A stretch of DNA of 64,000 nucleotides from a virus (lineage: Duplodnaviria; Caudoviricetes), in the IMG/VR virus record IMGVR_UViG_3300025809_001850. One strand, written 5' to 3'. The position numbers and the translations under genes are program-made. Shown here piece after piece: positions 59,366-64,000 of this stretch (the first letter of the stretch is position 1; each line of letters starts with the position of its first letter). The notes under the pieces are model-generated. The model saw nothing but the letters and a program-made list of their open reading frames with translations. It did not search any database and had not been told where the DNA came from.

Positions 59366-59687
59366 CCAAATCTATATCTGTATCTTTATCAATGTCTTCT
59401 ATATTGGAAAATAATTCGTTAACAAAGTCAAATTCTAACTGCTGGTTCTGAAACTCGGGTTGATTTACCTCAGAGTAATTTACATCAGTTGAATGATTTT
59501 CTTCGTTTACGAATTCAAGGTGACCATCAAAGTGGAAACCTGATCCTCTTAAAAACAACTCAAACGCATTTAATACGTCACCTAAAGTTTCGTCTGTGGT
59601 GGTGTGTCGTGTTCTTGATACAAGTTCACCCTCAGTATCTCTCCATGTGTAATCAAATGTAAATTTTGCTGTATTGTCTATTTTCAT
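59346..59687 (-). CDS. conserved T4-like hypothetical protein
   Basis: L.DVL..FE.FLRG.GF motif; ATATTTAT 6 nt upstream. Confidence 0.65.
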   Translation of the reverse strand: MKIDNTAKFTFDYTWRDTEGELVSRTRHTTTDETLGDVLNAFELFLRGSGFHFDGHLEFVNEENHSTDVNYSEVNQPEFQNQQLEFDFVNELFSNIEDIDKDTDIDLDDTTKS

Positions 59688-59728
59688 ATATACATAAATA
59701 TATACGAGTTACACCCAAACGTAAAGTC

Positions 59729-59938
59729 TTATTTTTTTAAATTGGTATTAATAGTCGATGCTTTGATTATAACTTGTAGATATAGTTGTAAAAAAGCAAT
59801 GCTTAACCAATTTAAAAAAGTGTATTCAATGTTCATTAAAAATGCAGTATTAACTGCCCACATAAAACCTAGAGGTAGTGTAATTAATCCGAGAATTCCT
59901 GCTAGAAACGCAGTTAACTTCTCTGTTTCTATTTCCAT
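59729..59938 (-). CDS. small membrane protein
   Basis: Two hydrophobic helices. Confidence 0.55.
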   Translation of the reverse strand: MEIETEKLTAFLAGILGLITLPLGFMWAVNTAFLMNIEYTFLNWLSIAFLQLYLQVIIKASTINTNLKK

Positions 59939-59940
59939 AG

Positions 59941-60231
59941 TTAGCTTCTAATTTGACAAATTTTTTCGTGAAGTATTTTGACGTCGTCAGTTGTCATTCC
60001 AAATATTGCTTCAACACCTTCAACCATTTTATCAAATGAAACGATTGTTCCTGCTTCTACTGGATCAGCCTCAGATTCTACAATTTCGTACTTTAAGTCA
60101 AGTGTATCATCTTGTACTTCTTCAAGTTTACACAATGTCATATGCTCATATAATGCGACAAAGTCATCTACGGAGCAAGTTGTTAAAAAGTCTAAAGACT
60201 CTTGTTCAATTCTATTTTCTTCGGAATTCAT
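59941..60231 (-). CDS. hypothetical acidic protein
   Basis: 96 aa ORF. Confidence 0.6.
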   Translation of the reverse strand: MNSEENRIEQESLDFLTTCSVDDFVALYEHMTLCKLEEVQDDTLDLKYEIVESEADPVEAGTIVSFDKMVEGVEAIFGMTTDDVKILHEKICQIRS

Positions 60232-60290
60232 TTTATATTATTGATTTAAGGTTATGTATATGTATAAATATATATTATATTTTGAAAATG

Positions 60291-61517
60291 TCAATTCTTT
60301 TTCCATATCCAAATGGGTTCTGCGAATGCAACATTCTTTGTTTCTTCGGTAATTGTTTTTAGGTCTTCTGAAAAATATTCACTTTTTGCATTACCTGCTC
60401 CACCAGAGTTGAATCGTTTTGTCATTTCCATTCCGATACAACCTTGGTATTGTAATCCACATGATTTAATAAAGTCGTTCATTGGATTAGTAATTTCTAC
60501 ATAGTCGTTGATTGGTGCGTTAAATACGTCTGCGATATTGACTGCAAGAATTCCACCAGACTTTAATGTGGGAATAAGTTTCTGAATAGTTGCGTGTAAA
60601 AAATTAACATTCCAATCATCTATCTTTTTGTAACGAACCCACGATTGAGTATCATCTTCCGAATACTTCTCTGTGTTAAAATACGGTGGACTTGTAAAAA
60701 TTGTATCAAAGAAATTTTCGTATTTAGAATAATCCACATCTTCTGCTGGACTATCAATCAATTCAACTTCTCTGTTTTGTTCAAAGAAGGTGGAATACTT
60801 TTTGTAGAACTCAACTTGCTTTTGATAATTGGGGTGATTGTTGCTATTGGGATCAATACCCACATAATGTTCGGTAGTTTCACCTGTATAAAATCCTGCT
60901 AATCTATCACCCCATCCTGCACTAAAGTCTAATACATTTCTGCTTTTAAAGTGATCGTAAAATGCTTTTGCTACTGCCGGTTTGAATTGTGATGCGACAT
61001 ACTTACGAAGAGTTGTAGCAACACGCAGAGTATTAACATCAACACGATTAAGAACTTTATCTAATGTCCAATAAGCACGAACGATTGTTTTGATTCCTTT
61101 AACCGTTTGCCATGTCTTCCACCCACTTGGTGTTCGTGTCCAATCTACTTTCCAACGATTTTCCACATGAAACGGGTTGGAAGCATTGTTACCCGAGTTG
61201 TTTCTTTTCAATAGAAACTGAGAATCTTTGTAGTTTAAATGATAGTTGCTTTTTCTTTCGTTGCGAGGAAACCACTTCTTTTCAACGAGAACATCGTTGT
61301 GCTTGATTCCTTTTAACTTGTTTAAACTATCAAGAGTTTGTTTATCACTTATCTCTGGCAACGGAGCTGAATAAGTGTGCAATGCTTTTGCTAATTCTTC
61401 TACGACATCTTCTTTCTCATATCTTTGCATGATGTCTTTCCATTCATCTTCTTCAATAAGAAGATACGGTTTCATATCGTAGAACTTTTTGAATTGTTCT
61501 TTTAGTTGGTTATTCAT
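60291..61517 (-). CDS. DNA methyltransferase (alpha order)
   Basis: VLDFSAGWGDRL, GIDPN, FTSPPYFN.E.Y. Confidence 0.85.
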   Translation of the reverse strand: MNNQLKEQFKKFYDMKPYLLIEEDEWKDIMQRYEKEDVVEELAKALHTYSAPLPEISDKQTLDSLNKLKGIKHNDVLVEKKWFPRNERKSNYHLNYKDSQFLLKRNNSGNNASNPFHVENRWKVDWTRTPSGWKTWQTVKGIKTIVRAYWTLDKVLNRVDVNTLRVATTLRKYVASQFKPAVAKAFYDHFKSRNVLDFSAGWGDRLAGFYTGETTEHYVGIDPNSNNHPNYQKQVEFYKKYSTFFEQNREVELIDSPAEDVDYSKYENFFDTIFTSPPYFNTEKYSEDDTQSWVRYKKIDDWNVNFLHATIQKLIPTLKSGGILAVNIADVFNAPINDYVEITNPMNDFIKSCGLQYQGCIGMEMTKRFNSGGAGNAKSEYFSEDLKTITEETKNVAFAEPIWIWKKN

Positions 61518-61539
61518 AAACCAAAACAAAATTTAATTG

Positions 61540-62355
61540 TCAACTTGCTTGGTCCGATGTGGGAGTTATATCTGTTTCAGTAAGTTCGGTTTCAGTTAAC
61601 TCTTCAGGTTCGGGATTGGATTGTGATATCACTGTTTCTCCAAAACTTCCTGACGAATTTTTATCTACATTCTGTTGTGCTTTTTTCAACTTGTTTTCAT
61701 TATGAATTTTAAGTTGCTCACCTATATAGTCATCCACTTCGTCATTAGTTCCACCCGGCATTCCGTTTACACTTTCTCCGTTGGCTGCTCTGAGTATTGC
61801 TTGCTGAGACAGACCGTCAGAAGTTTGTGCTCGTTTATTCATTTCAGGATAACTATCTCCATATCTAGTTCTGTCAACAACCAAAGTTTCTTCTGCTTTT
61901 TGCTTTGGTTTTAGGTCATTTGTAACTTTTTCTGAGTTTACTATTTGAACATTTGTTTGTTCTACCACGAGATTTGATATAGGATTTGGTTCAGTTGGTT
62001 TGTTTTCGGTCGGTTTTGGTTGTTCTTTATTTTTACCAAGCAACTTTTCTATGCTTTCCTCAGATACATCTTCACCTGATGTGTTTGTGTTCGATTTGGT
62101 GATATTGTCGGATGTGACAGTTAGTGTGTCAAATTCTTCTCCACCACGAATTCGTTCGGGGGTAGATTGTGCTAGTTTCTTTTGAAACATGGATAGCAAT
62201 CCACTTGTATCACTAACAGATTTTTCGTATTTTTCTTTATCCTGTTCGTGATTTTTTTCAAAGTGCTTCATAGCATCATCTTCTCTAGCACCTTTGGGTT
62301 GTGCTTTTTTTTGAGCAATATTCTCAAAGTTTTGGTCTAAGTTTTCAAATGACAT
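61540..62355 (-). CDS. hypothetical low-complexity protein
   Basis: 271 aa, E/T/S/K-rich; ATATTTAT 7 nt upstream. Confidence 0.65.
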   Translation of the reverse strand: MSFENLDQNFENIAQKKAQPKGAREDDAMKHFEKNHEQDKEKYEKSVSDTSGLLSMFQKKLAQSTPERIRGGEEFDTLTVTSDNITKSNTNTSGEDVSEESIEKLLGKNKEQPKPTENKPTEPNPISNLVVEQTNVQIVNSEKVTNDLKPKQKAEETLVVDRTRYGDSYPEMNKRAQTSDGLSQQAILRAANGESVNGMPGGTNDEVDDYIGEQLKIHNENKLKKAQQNVDKNSSGSFGETVISQSNPEPEELTETELTETDITPTSDQAS

Positions 62356-62393
62356 AGTTTATATAAATATATATACAATGTGTTTTAGTTGAA

Positions 62394-62648
62394 CTAATTT
62401 ACTTTTTCGAATAACAAGGTGGGTCTTCCAATTTCACCTTCTACTTTACCTGCAGTTTTAATTGTACCGTTTTCTAGTGCTTTTTTTACTCTAAATCTCA
62501 GGGTAATTGGTACTGCGGTTGGGTGTTCTCGTTCCAAATCTGCAATAGAGAATTGACCTGTTGGCCAGTTCACTATTAACTTTTTCTTGGATACGGAGAC
62601 GTTTGTTTCAACATTTAAATTTTGTTTTACTTGATCTTCTTTTGTCAT
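62394..62648 (-). CDS. possible winged-helix DNA-binding protein
   Basis: FSIADL...TLRFRVKKALE.G.I......GRP..LF pattern. Confidence 0.45.
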   Translation of the reverse strand: MTKEDQVKQNLNVETNVSVSKKKLIVNWPTGQFSIADLEREHPTAVPITLRFRVKKALENGTIKTAGKVEGEIGRPTLLFEKVN

Positions 62649-62661
62649 ATTAATTCCGTTT

Positions 62662-62850
62662 CTATGATTGTTTTGATTCTTCTACCGATGCTTTACGATA
62701 CTCTGTTGCCAGTTTCTTAATTTCTCCGATTGCTTTTCTCGCTCGGGTACCAGCTGCTTTTGTTCCAGTTTCTGCGTTTTGCGTGTGATTATCATCAAAT
62801 GCTTCATACAAAGCCTTGATTTGGTCATATAGTTCTTGTGATTTGCTCAT
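62662..62850 (-). CDS. histone H1-like Hc1-family protein
   Basis: G.KAAGTRARKA..EIKKLA.EYRK.S signature. Confidence 0.75.
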   Translation of the reverse strand: MSKSQELYDQIKALYEAFDDNHTQNAETGTKAAGTRARKAIGEIKKLATEYRKASVEESKQS

Positions 62851-62928
62851 AGTTTTTATGTTTAGGGTTATTCCGTTTGTTAAATAATATTATATTATAG
62901 TGTTTACAGGTTTGATGCAAGTCTTTTT

Positions 62929-63348
62929 TTATGCAAAGAAGATTGTATACGAATCATCATCTGTGGTAATAGACATATGATTGTATATCCAATTTTCAGT
63001 TTGTGAGGTTTTAATGAAGTTTGCATATGCTTCTTCTGTTTTTTCAATTTTGAAAAACTTTCCCGATACTTCATTTGTCTCGTACTTGCTAATAAATTGC
63101 TTGAGATCAATTGCATTCGGATTTTCCGTGAGGAAACCTTCCGTGAATCGTGAAACTGATTCTGTGTTTTGGTTGTAGTGAGTTATTATACTCTCACGAC
63201 AACTGCACTCAGGATCAACCGAAAAACTCAATGCATTGTCTGTCATATCAGGAAATGAATCAATGTATTGGTTCATATACAACTCAGATGTCAATATCAA
63301 CTCAAGTATCAAATTGCTTCCGTAAGAATTTATATTATTTGATTTCAT
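62929..63348 (-). CDS. hypothetical protein
   Basis: 139 aa; DPECSCR motif; TTGACT-17-TAAGTT promoter at 63355-63383. Confidence 0.65.
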   Translation of the reverse strand: MKSNNINSYGSNLILELILTSELYMNQYIDSFPDMTDNALSFSVDPECSCRESIITHYNQNTESVSRFTEGFLTENPNAIDLKQFISKYETNEVSGKFFKIEKTEEAYANFIKTSQTENWIYNHMSITTDDDSYTIFFA

Positions 63349-63429
63349 ATAATTAACTTATCTCAAAAATATTTTATAGTCAACATTTTTATACTTGTAA
63401 TTTATTTTGTTTATATTATTATATAAACA

Positions 63430-64000
63430 ATGTATCAATATGTAAGTTCATCTGAAAATTTAGTTCTTTTATTGACTCATTACTGGACTCCTCTGAATGT
63501 GACATCTGTCAAAGAGGGTTTAAAGAAATTGATGGGTGCTAAAGAACGATTTCATAAAACACGGCCAAAGGTTGTAGCTGTTGCTAGTGATGGAAATACG
63601 TGTGATTGGGATACTTGGTTGGAATATAAACATGGATTTTATTCCGAACAACCATTTATTCGTTCAGTTAATCATGTTATACCAGTTCCCACTATATTGC
63701 TCACAACTGCAAACTTCACATATAATGCGAAACGGAAACCATCATTAAAGTATTTGTACAAGAAATATGAAGGATTGTGTCAAATATGTGGAAACCACTT
63801 TCCTCAAAATCAACTAACTATTGAACACATCAAACCAAAAAGTAAAGGTGGTGACAACGATTATTTCAATTTAACACTAACCTGTGTAAAGTGTAACTCT
63901 CGCAAAGGAAGTATATTTCCTTATTATGATTTTAAAGGAGAGATTCTTAAAGCAGAACCACCAAAACCTTTTTATGAAGTTGGAAATGTTATACGAGAAG
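63430..64000 (+). CDS. HNH endonuclease (McrA-like), 3' truncated by window edge; absent from the ORF track
   Basis: Open frame from ATG 63430: CQICG...TIEHIKPKSKGG...NL.L.C.KCNSRKG. Confidence 0.85.
   Translation, partial: MYQYVSSSENLVLLLTHYWTPLNVTSVKEGLKKLMGAKERFHKTRPKVVAVASDGNTCDWDTWLEYKHGFYSEQPFIRSVNHVIPVPTILLTTANFTYNAKRKPSLKYLYKKYEGLCQICGNHFPQNQLTIEHIKPKSKGGDNDYFNLTLTCVKCNSRKGSIFPYYDFKGEILKAEPPKPFYEVGNVIRE

Overview
AT-rich segment of a large T4-like (jumbo-type) dsDNA bacteriophage genome. It carries the T4-style core genes rIIA, rIIB, family B DNA polymerase, clamp loader, sliding clamp, dUTPase and DHFR, many short genes behind repeated sigma70-type promoters, and no tRNA, rRNA or CRISPR array that I can see. 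The accessory load is unusually host-like. (1) An ~11.7 kb glycan-modification island (11.3-23.0 kb): gmd, fcl, GT-A-like and GT11/fucosyltransferase-like genes, five intact sulfotransferases, two head-to-tail deletion mini-genes, a recent tandem duplication and an FkbM methyltransferase. (2) Tandem NADP-type and NAD-type glutamate dehydrogenases, nagB and a eukaryote-type phosphomannomutase. (3) DnaK, DnaJ, ClpP, IF-1, an M29 aminopeptidase and an Hc1-like protein. (4) A protein with three zincin motifs and four orphan DNA methyltransferases. A ~1.3 kb non-coding island at 24.7-26.0 kb has oppositely oriented GTAATAG arrays and is a candidate origin or terminus. A marine Verrucomicrobia-like host is an inference only. 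All product calls come from motif recognition by eye; no database search was run.
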